Shown piece after piece: positions 17,705 to 26,706 of a DNA stretch of 45,432 nt; position 1 is the stretch's first letter; each line of letters opens with the position of its first letter. The stretch covers positions 68,627 to 114,058 of the IMG/VR virus record IMGVR_UViG_3300042261_000976; one strand, 5' to 3'. This stretch comes from a virus. The notes beneath the pieces are model-generated. The model was given only the letters and a program-made list of their open reading frames with translations, made no database searches and was not told where the DNA came from. Made by a program: the position numbers and the translations under genes.

Positions 17705-19531
17705 ATGGCAAGTTACGATCGATATAGAGGAAATCAAAATCAAGCTGGTACAAATACCACTAATTTTGGTTTGTTCAATAGAATATTAAGAGGACTTTCT
17801 ACCATGTTTGGTGGATTGGAATATAATGATATGCGTATTAGAAATTCATATGCTATTGGAGTACATGAAGAAACAACAGATGTTCTTTATCAACCAAATA
17901 GTTCTAATATGTATGATTTATTTACTAAGAAAACTATAGCAAGATTCTTAGACAAAAAATCAATCGCTTATCTAGATAGAACATATTTAGATAAAAGAAA
18001 AATCCTAAGACAATATTCTATAAAAGATGAAATTAAAGATTTCATAACTCAAATTGCCGATGAATGTATAATTTATGATGATAACAATAGATTTTGTTTT
18101 GTTAAAGATCTTCCAGACACATACGAACAAACTATAAGACAAAAATATCAAGAAACTTTTACTAAACTTATAAATACTTTTAATTTTAATGAGGGTCAAA
18201 CAGCGTGGAATTATCTTAAAAATCTTTTAATTGATGGTTATATTTCTTATGAAGTCGTCTATGATGATAAACAAAAAAATATTATAGATCTTGCCCCGAT
18301 TGATCCAATTACTTTAATTGTTGCTACTGATCCAAACACAAATACGATGATTTGGATTCAACATCCAGATAATCCGGCATTAAGAAGAATTTTATTGGAT
18401 TCACAAATTATTTATATTTCATATTCAAACAATAATGAATATGGAGAAACTTCTTATGTTGAAAATCTTATTCGTCCTTTCAATCAATTGAAAATGATTG
18501 AACAGGCTAGATTACTTTACAATATTAATCAAGCCTCTATTTATAAGAAATTTACAATACCTGTTGGAGGATTGACTCGTCAACAAGCAGAACAACAAAT
18601 AACAGAACTCATAGCTGAGTATCATGATGATGTTCAGTGGGATGAAAGAATGGGTACTGTAGCAATTAATGGGAGTACAAATATTCCTTTTAGTAAAGAT
18701 ATTTGGTTTCCTGAAGGCAATGCAGGTACTCCAAACGTAGAAATTTTACAACCAACACAAGTTAATTTAAATGAAGATATAGTTCTTCAATGGTTCTTTA
18801 AGATATTAAAAAGAGCTAGTAAATTACCATTTGAAAGATTTAATGAAGAAAATGGTGGTGGAGCCTATGCTTACGATTCAAACGCTCAAGTTACTAGGGA
18901 TGAAGTTAAATTTAAAAATTTCATCAATAGAATAAGAACTATATTTAAGGAAATTCTTCTTAAACCTTTGAAGATTCAAATGATTTTAGAATTTCCAGAA
19001 TTAAAAGACGATGTAGATTTTAATAACTCTATTAAACTTGATTTTATTTCTGATACATTATTTGAAGAATGGCGTCACCTAAAGAACTTAAATGAAAGAG
19101 CATCTATAGCCCAAACATTGAGTTCATCACTCCAAGATGCTGCTGGTAAACCTTATCTTAGCATAGAATGGATAGTTCGTCATATTATGAAGTTCACTGA
19201 TGCTGATATTGAAGAAAATAATAAATATAAAGCAATAGAACGTAAGATGATGGGTGGTATGGAAGGAGCCGAAGGCGGCGGTGAATTCGGAGGCGGCGGA
19301 GGCGGCTTCGGTGGTGGCGGTATGTCATTCGGAGGTGGCGGTGGAGCCCAATTCGGTGGCGGTGGAGCCCAATTCGGTGGCGGTGGAGCCCAATTCGGTG
19401 GCGGTGAATTCGGTGGAGCACAAGGCGGTGGAGCCCAATTTGGTGGGGCACAAGGAGCACAAGGCGGTGGAGCCCAATTTGGTGGAGCACAAGGCGGTGG
19501 TGGCGGACAATCACAAGCACCAACATTCTAA
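17705..19531 (+). CDS. Portal protein (T4 gp20-like) with unusual C-terminal Gly-rich repeat tail
   Basis: By-eye alignment to T4 gp20: VTRDEVKFKNFINRIRTIFKEILLKPLKIQMIL vs [33 protein letters not shown], plus a block matching around YRITRAPDRR.../TGNMEDIRWF. Gene order portal, protease, MCP. The last ~90 aa are GG(E/A)QFGGGG repeats. Confidence 0.8.
   Translation: MASYDRYRGNQNQAGTNTTNFGLFNRILRGLSTMFGGLEYNDMRIRNSYAIGVHEETTDVLYQPNSSNMYDLFTKKTIARFLDKKSIAYLDRTYLDKRKILRQYSIKDEIKDFITQIADECIIYDDNNRFCFVKDLPDTYEQTIRQKYQETFTKLINTFNFNEGQTAWNYLKNLLIDGYISYEVVYDDKQKNIIDLAPIDPITLIVATDPNTNTMIWIQHPDNPALRRILLDSQIIYISYSNNNEYGETSYVENLIRPFNQLKMIEQARLLYNINQASIYKKFTIPVGGLTRQQAEQQITELIAEYHDDVQWDERMGTVAINGSTNIPFSKDIWFPEGNAGTPNVEILQPTQVNLNEDIVLQWFFKILKRASKLPFERFNEENGGGAYAYDSNAQVTRDEVKFKNFINRIRTIFKEILLKPLKIQMILEFPELKDDVDFNNSIKLDFISDTLFEEWRHLKNLNERASIAQTLSSSLQDAAGKPYLSIEWIVRHIMKFTDADIEENNKYKAIERKMMGGMEGAEGGGEFGGGGGGFGGGGMSFGGGGGAQFGGGGAQFGGGGAQFGGGEFGGAQGGGAQFGGAQGAQGGGAQFGGAQGGGGGQSQAPTF
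19254..19500 (+). repeat. Tandem imperfect ~24-bp repeats (GGTGGAGCCCAATTCGGTGGCGGT) encoding a Gly/Ala/Gln/Phe-rich portal tail
   Basis: Directly visible repeat of GGAGCCCAATTCGGTGGCGGT units. Locally GC-rich. Generates three spurious overlapping ORFs in other frames. Confidence 0.7.
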
Positions 19532-19542
19532 ATATAAAAAAA

Positions 19543-19568
19543 CCTCTGATTTATCAGAGGTTTTTTTA
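19543..19568 (+). terminator. Rho-independent terminator after the portal gene
   Basis: CCTCTGAT-TT-ATCAGAGG hairpin followed by TTTTTTT, 12 nt after the portal stop. Confidence 0.75.
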
Positions 19569-19638
19569 TTCAGTTCCAAAATGGAAAAAAAAGAGTTTTT
19601 TAGGTTAATATATATCAATAAAATAAAAGAGCCTAAAC

Positions 19639-22113
19639 ATGTATTATAAAAATGTTTTAATCATTGAAAATTCAACAAATGGCTTAAAAAAACTAAACGA
19701 ATCCATAGCTCCTTCCGGTAAAAAGCAATATATACTGGGCGGTATTTTCACGGAATTTAACGTTAAAAATAGGAATGATAGGATTTATCAAGCGGATAGA
19801 TTTTTGCCACATTTGGATGAATTGTTAGAAAGAAAAAAGACTCTGGGTGTTATATATGGTGAATTTGATCACCCGGATGTTTTTGACACTAGTTTGTCTA
19901 GGGTATCTCATACGGTTGAAAAGTGTTTCTTTGTCAGAGAAAAAAATAGAGTAGATGGTGAAATTAGATTACTAAATACTCATTGGGGTAGAGAAGCACA
20001 AGCATTAATCGATGATGGATGCCCAATTTTTGTTTCTTCACGTGCCGCCGGTGTAACTGAGTCGAATGGTGAAGTAACTATTAAAAAACTATTTACATAC
20101 GACGCAGTTGCTGACCCTGGGTTTAGTTCTGCGAAAATGGAACTTCGCACCTTAAATGAATCGCTAGGATTTAACGAGAGTGCCAACTTTAGGATATATG
20201 ATATATCCGACGAGTCAAAAATAAACGAGTTGTTCAATATGGATAAAAATGAATTTGTAACCAAAGAACAGATGGAAAAGTACTCAAATTATTTGACCGA
20301 GCAAATCACAAAAACAAAAAGTGAAATTAATGAAGCCATCCAAAAGGGAGACTTCGATCCAGCAAAGTTATCTGATTTATATGACAAGTATGATTCCTTC
20401 CAGGAAGGCTTCAAGAAAATAGCTTCCTATCTTGACTACTTAGCAGAAACAATGCAAGTCTTAGTCCAAGAAAACAAAAAAATCAAGAAAACAAACGAAA
20501 AATTAGAAGGCAAATTAGATAGAACAAAAGCTAAAACAGAAAAAATTATTGAACATAATGACTATTTAGCTGGAGAACTTGAAAAAGCCATCGGGTACAC
20601 AGAAAAAGCCATCGGGTACACAGAATATGTAGCTGAAGCAGTTGACAAATCTATTGATTATTCAAATTACATAGCTGAGACATTAGATAAATCTATTGAT
20701 TTCTCTGAATATATCGCAGAAAACGTTGATAATACAATTAAATATTCTGAATATATCGCTGAAAATCTTGATAAATCTATTGACTATTCTGAGTATGTTG
20801 CAGAAAATCTAGAAAAGAATATCGCATATGCTGAATATATTGCAGAGCATGTTGATAATAACATCAAATATGCTGAATATATCGCTGAACATGTCGACAA
20901 TAATATTAAATATGCTGAATATATAGCAGAACACGTCGATAACAGTATCAAATATACAGAATATGTTGGAGAACAATTAGATAACAGTATTAAGTATTCA
21001 GAATACATTGCTGAAAATCTAACTGATTCTATTGCCTATGGTAATTACTTAGCAGAAGCAATTGACAAGAATGTTGAGTACGGTAAGTATCTCGCAGAAA
21101 AATTAAATAGTGGTTCATTTGGAAGATTAAACGAACAAGTACAACCACCAGCACAAAAAATGGGTAACTTCAAGACCGATTCAGTAGCCAAATACTATGA
21201 TGAAAATGAGAACGATATGACTCAAGCACAACCAGTACAGGGAGCTCAAGCACAAGGTGCACAACCAAGAATGGCTCAACCAGTACAAGGTCAAGCTCAA
21301 CCAAGAGCCCAAGCCCAAGCTCAACAAGTACAGGGTATGGATTTAGAAGGTGAAGAAAGTGAGGATATGGATGTTCAAGGAGTAAATGCTGAAGAAATTC
21401 AAGACATTGATGATAAGGCAGAACTCACTCCAGGTCAAGTTGTCAAGATTGATGACGACAAAACAGGTGAAATTTTAGCAGTTAATGCTGATAATGGAAT
21501 AGCTGTTGTTAAATTATCTGACACAGGTGAAGTCCAAGAGATTCAAGAATCCAGATTATCTATCATAGGTGATAAGATTTATGAATCAGAAAACACATTA
21601 AAGAAACTAATATTAAAGCAAATAAATGAGTCCAAAAAACGTGAGGCATCGAAAGATAACGAACCTCATTTCTTACTTTTCTTAACTGAAAAGAAAAAGG
21701 CTGCTTATTACAACCTTTCACAACAGGATAAAGAAAAAGTAATCGTTGCAATGAACGAAAGCAAAGGTTATACAACAGAAAGTGAAGTTCTCGCTATCAT
21801 GGCTAAAGCATTAACTACAGCCACAAGAAGTTTTAATGAGACGTTGATCGACAATATCCCAGGCGATCTAAGACCAATATGGGAAAGTTTACGTCCCGAG
21901 GTTCAAGGTAGTATTATAAATAGTGCGCAATTCTATACTAATTTGACAGAGGATAAAATGGAAAGTTTCTGGAATTCTAGAGACCTTCATAAATATGCAA
22001 AGAAAAACATGGGTAAAGTGACCTTGTTAACAGAAAGTAATAACAAATTTGATAACACTAAACTCTCTGATGATCTTGTAGATGCATATTTAAAAAGAAT
22101 TAATCAAAGATAA
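19639..22113 (+). CDS. Prohead protease (T4 gp21-like, N-terminal ~200 aa) fused to a long scaffold/core-like C-terminal extension
   Basis: GGIFTEFNVKNRNDRIYQ vs T4 gp21 EGIFLQAEVVNRNKRLYP; GEFDHP vs GELNHP (catalytic His); FVSSRAAGV vs GVSSRGLG (catalytic Ser). The C-terminal 600 aa hold coiled-coil tandem repeats (EYIAENVDNSIKYSEY, ~10 copies), a Q/A-rich tract and an acidic region, i.e. a gp22/scaffold-like character. Confidence 0.75.
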   Translation: MYYKNVLIIENSTNGLKKLNESIAPSGKKQYILGGIFTEFNVKNRNDRIYQADRFLPHLDELLERKKTLGVIYGEFDHPDVFDTSLSRVSHTVEKCFFVREKNRVDGEIRLLNTHWGREAQALIDDGCPIFVSSRAAGVTESNGEVTIKKLFTYDAVADPGFSSAKMELRTLNESLGFNESANFRIYDISDESKINELFNMDKNEFVTKEQMEKYSNYLTEQITKTKSEINEAIQKGDFDPAKLSDLYDKYDSFQEGFKKIASYLDYLAETMQVLVQENKKIKKTNEKLEGKLDRTKAKTEKIIEHNDYLAGELEKAIGYTEKAIGYTEYVAEAVDKSIDYSNYIAETLDKSIDFSEYIAENVDNTIKYSEYIAENLDKSIDYSEYVAENLEKNIAYAEYIAEHVDNNIKYAEYIAEHVDNNIKYAEYIAEHVDNSIKYTEYVGEQLDNSIKYSEYIAENLTDSIAYGNYLAEAIDKNVEYGKYLAEKLNSGSFGRLNEQVQPPAQKMGNFKTDSVAKYYDENENDMTQAQPVQGAQAQGAQPRMAQPVQGQAQPRAQAQAQQVQGMDLEGEESEDMDVQGVNAEEIQDIDDKAELTPGQVVKIDDDKTGEILAVNADNGIAVVKLSDTGEVQEIQESRLSIIGDKIYESENTLKKLILKQINESKKREASKDNEPHFLLFLTEKKKAAYYNLSQQDKEKVIVAMNESKGYTTESEVLAIMAKALTTATRSFNETLIDNIPGDLRPIWESLRPEVQGSIINSAQFYTNLTEDKMESFWNSRDLHKYAKKNMGKVTLLTESNNKFDNTKLSDDLVDAYLKRINQR
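20560..21070 (+). repeat. In-frame tandem repeats inside the protease-scaffold gene (2 x 21 bp, then ~10 x 48 bp)
   Basis: GAAAAAGCCATCGGGTACACA x2, followed by repeated units of the form GAATATATCGCAGAAAACGTTGATAATACAATTAAATATTCT encoding (S/A)EYIAE(N/H)(V/L)D(N/K)(S/N)I(K/D)Y. Confidence 0.75.
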
Positions 22114-22190
22114 ATTATCTATTCGACAAGCATTTTGGAAAAAAATGACTTTTTAAACCGAATATATAATTAAAAAAAAATTAGAAAAAA

Positions 22191-23975
22191 ATGAATTTTA
22201 TAGTTGACAGTGCGAAAGCAATAAAGAAATGGCAACCTATTCTCGACGCTCTTAGGGTAACTGATGATGACAAGAGAGCTTGGATGTCAGAGTATGCTGA
22301 AATGCATCAAATGAATGAAAATGTTGGCTATGCCACATTAAATCAAAAAGGTATGGGTCAAGTATTTGCTCCAGTAGTAGGTACAGTTCCAGGTGCAACA
22401 TGGCAAGATGGTCATGGCGCAATTGGTAGCGGTGACGTTGCTCAAAACCTCCTTCCAGTAGCTATGAAGATCGCTGCTCAAACAATCGGTTTGGATTTAG
22501 TAGCTGTTAAACCAACAGCATCACCAAGAATCGAGTTGTTATTCGTTGACTTCAAATATGACAACGCTTATGCAAACGATCCTAATCGTGAAGATATCGA
22601 TCCAAGACAAAGACCACTTGTTTTCAAATTAGCCACAAGCACAAGTGCTGGTGATTTAGCTTTAAAACAAGCTCTTCAATTACAACTCAGTCTTTTGAGT
22701 ATTCAAGAAAGAGTTGGTGGATTATCAAAAAGAACATGGGTTCACTTAGGAGCTGGTTGTACAGTTGCTCAATTAACTAATTTACCAGACAATTTACCAG
22801 CCGCTGGTTACTACAATTTTATGGAATTCTTAGGATTTTCAAGAATTGATGGACACCCAATGTATAGAATTTACAGACAAGCCGGTTTCTCAGTTGGTTC
22901 AATGACACCACAAGACGGTTCTGCATGGGATTCTACATTAAACACTTTCCCACAAACAGGAGCTATCACAGACGTTCTTATCGCAAGTGGTATTACCACA
23001 GTATCAGGAACATCAACATCTCAAGTCACAGGAAACACAGCAGCTGCTGGTGCAACTGTTGAATTAGTATCCTTACTCGAAGATCATATTCCAGGATTCT
23101 CCGCAGGTTGGACATCCAATATGGAAAATGGTTGGGAAGGCCCAATGACAAGATACCAAGATGAAAAAACCTATCCAGGTGTTATCGGTCCTGACGTATT
23201 TACAAAATCCGTCCAAGTTGGTGACATCGAAATCTCCTCAACATTGAAGAGAACCCAAATTGAAGACATCAAGGCTTCAACTGGTATGGATATTGTTCAG
23301 AAATTGGAAGGTGTTCTTATTAATGAATTAACTCAGGTTATTTCTAAGGAAATCGTAGGTAAAATCAGAAAATTAGCTCTTGCTAATAGAGATTCCTACA
23401 CAGCACCAAAAGCAACTGACGGTGTTACATGTAAATTCGACTTAAACGTTGACTCTTACATCGCATCACTTTCAAGTGGTACTTATGGTGGAGCAATGGG
23501 TGAAACAACTCACTCAATCCAAAGAAAGCTTATTGCTAAGATCAATAACGCTTCTAACTTCATCGCAACTGATGGTAGAATTGGACCAGCTCAATATTTG
23601 GTTACAAACGGTAACTTAGCTTCCGTTATCCAAGATATCGCTGGTTATACGATCAATCCAGTTAACGCTGGTAAATTAAACACCAACGGTCAACTTTATC
23701 CAATGGGTAATGTTGGACAGATTGCAATCTATGTAGATCCTTACATGAGATGGGATGATAACTTCATCTATATGGGTAGAAAGAATAGCGTTGACCAACC
23801 AGGTCTTCTCTTTATTCCTTACTTAATGGCTCAATCAATTAGCTTAATCAGTGAAGCTACCTGGGCACCCAGGATGTTAATTAGATCAAGATATGCAGTA
23901 GCTGATATCGGATTCTTCCCGGAAAAGCAATTCATGGCAATTAAAGTTACTGATAGTAACGGTGTTCTTATCTAA
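22191..23975 (+). CDS. Major capsid protein (T4 gp23-like, HK97-fold lineage)
   Basis: AKAIKKWQPILDAL vs T4 gp23 AELLNKWKPLLEG; AMKIAAQTIGLDLVAVKPTASPRIELLFV vs VRRAIPNLIAFDICGVQPMNSPTGQVFAL. Likely maturation cleavage at QMNE|NVGY, analogous to T4 FLTE|AEIGG. Followed by the strongest terminator in the window. Confidence 0.85.
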   Translation: MNFIVDSAKAIKKWQPILDALRVTDDDKRAWMSEYAEMHQMNENVGYATLNQKGMGQVFAPVVGTVPGATWQDGHGAIGSGDVAQNLLPVAMKIAAQTIGLDLVAVKPTASPRIELLFVDFKYDNAYANDPNREDIDPRQRPLVFKLATSTSAGDLALKQALQLQLSLLSIQERVGGLSKRTWVHLGAGCTVAQLTNLPDNLPAAGYYNFMEFLGFSRIDGHPMYRIYRQAGFSVGSMTPQDGSAWDSTLNTFPQTGAITDVLIASGITTVSGTSTSQVTGNTAAAGATVELVSLLEDHIPGFSAGWTSNMENGWEGPMTRYQDEKTYPGVIGPDVFTKSVQVGDIEISSTLKRTQIEDIKASTGMDIVQKLEGVLINELTQVISKEIVGKIRKLALANRDSYTAPKATDGVTCKFDLNVDSYIASLSSGTYGGAMGETTHSIQRKLIAKINNASNFIATDGRIGPAQYLVTNGNLASVIQDIAGYTINPVNAGKLNTNGQLYPMGNVGQIAIYVDPYMRWDDNFIYMGRKNSVDQPGLLFIPYLMAQSISLISEATWAPRMLIRSRYAVADIGFFPEKQFMAIKVTDSNGVLI

Positions 23976-24003
23976 TAGTTTGACTATTGGAATACAAAAA
24001 AAA

Positions 24004-24030
24004 GACCTCCATTGGAGGTCTTTTTTTTTT
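24004..24030 (+). terminator. Rho-independent terminator after the MCP gene
   Basis: GACCTCC-ATT-GGAGGTC followed by TTTTTTTTTT. Preceded by an A-run, so it could act in both directions. Confidence 0.8.
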
Positions 24031-24082
24031 ATGATTAAACTATAAATCAAATTATTAATATATAATAAAAAGAATTTATCAT

Positions 24083-24412
24083 ATGAATAACTTGAAGAGA
24101 TATAGAGAAATAAATGAGGATGTTGAAGAAAATAAATTCGTAAAATTTAATGGTAGGGATTCGTTTTCTAGAACTATCGAAGTAAAATCAGAAGATGCCA
24201 AAAACCAAAAGTTCCAAGACGAACTCAGTTACGCTATAGGTCTTATTAAAGAACATATAGAAGATGGTTTAGGTTATCAAATGAAAAAGAAATACAAAAT
24301 TAAAAATATGACTTTCAACGTAGACGATAAAGGAAAAGAATATTGTAAGATAGAATTCTTAGATACGAATACAAACGATATTGATCCTTACGGTGAAGAA
24401 GATTGGAGATAA
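24083..24412 (+). CDS. Small protein ending in the DPYGEEDW motif
   Basis: C-terminus is ...NDIDPYGEEDWR*. N-terminus MNNLKRYREINE parallels MNNLKTYEEF of ORF 38640..38975. A TATAAATC late-promoter-like motif lies ~40 nt upstream (24041..24048). Confidence 0.35.
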   Translation: MNNLKRYREINEDVEENKFVKFNGRDSFSRTIEVKSEDAKNQKFQDELSYAIGLIKEHIEDGLGYQMKKKYKIKNMTFNVDDKGKEYCKIEFLDTNTNDIDPYGEEDWR

Positions 24413-24421
24413 ATGACAATT

Positions 24422-24850
24422 TTAAATCATTCTGAATGTTCTATTTTCATTGACAGGCCATAAATATTTATAATCATTGAACCCATCATCATTTGGAAAT
24501 TTTGGTAGATAAAAAATTCTATCTTTTTCTATGAGTCTACTACGCATAGCTCTATGAAAATTTTCATTACCTAACCACCACGGATAATCATAATTGTCAT
24601 CGTATATAATATAGTGCATGTTATTCACATAACCACGTTTAATCCATTCTACTATCATAGCATTATGGTACTCCGCTAAAGCGCCCATATATCCTGCCCA
24701 CATTTTTACCGCGGGATGATTTTTCCAACGTGTAGGGTTTATTAGACAATTATATATTTGATAAGCCTCGACTCTCTGCTTGCCCAATCTCCTATAGTCT
24801 AATACTTCGGCTGATAATTTGAAATCAGCGTATGGAAGAAAAGTCTGCAT
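24422..24850 (-). CDS. Pyrimidine-dimer DNA glycosylase (T4 denV / endonuclease V family)-like
   Basis: N-terminus MQTFLPYADFKLSAEVLDYRRLGKQRVE fits the Pyr_excise pattern (T4 denV: [25 protein letters not shown]). MIVEWIKRGY matches LIAECLKRGF. Confidence 0.45.
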   Translation of the reverse strand: MQTFLPYADFKLSAEVLDYRRLGKQRVEAYQIYNCLINPTRWKNHPAVKMWAGYMGALAEYHNAMIVEWIKRGYVNNMHYIIYDDNYDYPWWLGNENFHRAMRSRLIEKDRIFYLPKFPNDDGFNDYKYLWPVNENRTFRMI

Positions 24851-25227
24851 TAAGATTTCATTAATTTTAATTTACAATTATTTTCCCAATTAATATCAAA
24901 TAATATTCCTTTTGTTTTAGTATTTTCATTTATACCCATAATCTCCATATCATCATCGTCAAGATGAAATAAGAAATCTGGATTATCTTTAAAGAAATAA
25001 AATTTTGGTTTATATTCTGTAAAATGAATATTCTTTTTTTTAATTCTTAAATTATTACATATTAAATATAAATCTGAATTATCCCAAAAACGATGGTATC
25101 TTTCTGGGAACTCAGGGCGTGATGTTACTACATGCACATCATATTTTGCTCTGATAAGTTTTTGAGCTAATTTTTGAACATGTTTATTTGATAATGTTCC
25201 GTCGAAATCAAATGATACTTTTTTCAT
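24850..25227 (-). CDS. HAD-superfamily phosphatase/hydrolase
   Basis: Motif I is VSFDFDGTLS (DxDGT). The track ORF starts at a TTG at 25242. The ATG at 25225..25227 (MKKVSFDFDG) is the more likely start. Overlaps the stop of the upstream denV-like gene by 1 nt. Confidence 0.5.
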   Translation of the reverse strand: MKKVSFDFDGTLSNKHVQKLAQKLIRAKYDVHVVTSRPEFPERYHRFWDNSDLYLICNNLRIKKKNIHFTEYKPKFYFFKDNPDFLFHLDDDDMEIMGINENTKTKGILFDINWENNCKLKLMKS

Positions 25228-25310
25228 CTTGCAAAAATACAAAATTATTTTATATTAGAAAAATTTTCGTTAATTTTGTATTCCAATTTTAGAAATTAAT
25301 ATATAGAAAT

Positions 25311-25907
25311 ATGAAAGTAATGTTCCTAACTGGTTCCTGTTGGATGCGTGACAAAATGGGAAATCTTTTGCCTTTTATTAGAAGTCCGCACTTTATTAAG
25401 ACTTTTACGTCCTTTGGGGACGATCTTGTCTATCCTGAACTTTATTGGTATGAAGGAAATTATATGTTTCCTTATCTTGAAAAAATTATAGAGAAAGAAC
25501 ACCCAGACCTTATTATTGGATATTCTGCAGGTGGACATATAGGATTCCATCTTTGTAATAAATATAAAATCAAAGGAATTCATTTTAATCCTGCTATTGC
25601 ATCAACTAGTGAAGCACCAACTCTTCAAATAGCAACAGACGAGTATAAGAATTTGCCTATTTTCGATGATCAAGTAATGGTAATTGGTGATAGAGATAGG
25701 AAATCTATGGGAGGAGTAGACGGTCATCTCGTATTAGATTTTCTGGAGAAAAGTAATTTCAATGGTGAAGTTTTAGTAATACCCGAACTAGAACATGATG
25801 TCCCTATAAATTTATTCAAAATGGTTTTTGAATATTATAGAAATGAGTGGTGGGGTAATTCTAATGTAGTAGATCAGCCAACAGAGGAAAGTCTAGTTAA
25901 CGCATAA
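25311..25907 (+). CDS. Alpha/beta-hydrolase-fold esterase-like protein
   Basis: Nucleophile elbow IIGYSAGGHIG (GxSxG), with a D...H pattern downstream (GDRDRK...ELEHD). Confidence 0.4.
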   Translation: MKVMFLTGSCWMRDKMGNLLPFIRSPHFIKTFTSFGDDLVYPELYWYEGNYMFPYLEKIIEKEHPDLIIGYSAGGHIGFHLCNKYKIKGIHFNPAIASTSEAPTLQIATDEYKNLPIFDDQVMVIGDRDRKSMGGVDGHLVLDFLEKSNFNGEVLVIPELEHDVPINLFKMVFEYYRNEWWGNSNVVDQPTEESLVNA

Positions 25908-26706
25908 ACTTTTTATAGTTTATTATGTGACTTTCTTTTATCTTATTATTTTCGTGTAATTTTTTTATAAATCTTAGAAGTTCTTTTACTCCTAATATGG
26001 AACCGTTTTCTATATTTCTCCATATTATGTTCTCATAATCTTTTAGATTTATATTATTTATGTATTCCACATATTTATGTATTGGAATAACATCTGTTTC
26101 GTTATTTTCTTTATAACAATATAAGGAAAAGACTTCACTTGGATCCTCTGGTTTGTGTGTGTAAAAAACAAAAGATCTTTCTATCCAAGAATGAAATTGT
26201 CTTAAAAAATCATTTATTCTATCTCTAGTACCACCTGAGTAATAACTATCATCAATAAAAATAAATGGTTTGTATGTTATATTTGATTTTCTTTGTTTTA
26301 TAATTTCAACTTGATTATTCTCATCTTCTTTAACTTTCCTTATTCTTCCACTAGTTATAACAACATTACCATCGAAATCTATTTCACCATCTTCGATTAA
26401 TTTGTAAAGGTGAAGTCCAAAACTTCCTGAAGAAATTATATCAAAATCATTTCCTATTTTTGATTCCATTATAGAGAACATTTCTCTGATAATATCAATA
26501 TTTTGTGGTTCTATTATAAATTCATCTAATCTTTCCAAAAATGGAAACATAAAAATGGCGATATCTTCTCCTTCATATATGGATTTAATAAAATTAACAA
26601 AAATTTCAGCGTTCTCTTTATTGATACCTTCTTCTACTTCCAGAAAATCATCGACTTTTCTAGATAAAAGTTCATCTACAAAATTAGATATTTTAATATT
26701 TTTCAT
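25897..26706 (-). CDS. Phosphoribosyltransferase (PRTase)-type-fold protein
   Basis: PRPP-binding-loop-like motif PFIFIDDSYYSGGTRD (hydrophobic x4-DD-x3-SGGT). Confidence 0.35.
   Translation of the reverse strand: MKNIKISNFVDELLSRKVDDFLEVEEGINKENAEIFVNFIKSIYEGEDIAIFMFPFLERLDEFIIEPQNIDIIREMFSIMESKIGNDFDIISSGSFGLHLYKLIEDGEIDFDGNVVITSGRIRKVKEDENNQVEIIKQRKSNITYKPFIFIDDSYYSGGTRDRINDFLRQFHSWIERSFVFYTHKPEDPSEVFSLYCYKENNETDVIPIHKYVEYINNINLKDYENIIWRNIENGSILGVKELLRFIKKLHENNKIKESHIINYKKFMR

Noticed and set aside
19194-19649. Track ORFs 19194..19526 (-), 19254..19649 (+) and 19325..19510 (-) overlapping the portal 3' end
   Set aside because: They are alternative reading frames of the Gly-codon tandem repeat. 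The portal frame is continuous with a 500-aa gp20-like body.
20560-21070. CRISPR array as the explanation for the regularly spaced repeats in 19.2-21.1 kb and 44.6-45.4 kb
   Set aside because: The repeats are contiguous with no unique spacers, they lie in frame within long ORFs, and they encode coiled-coil, Gly-rich or collagen-like peptides.
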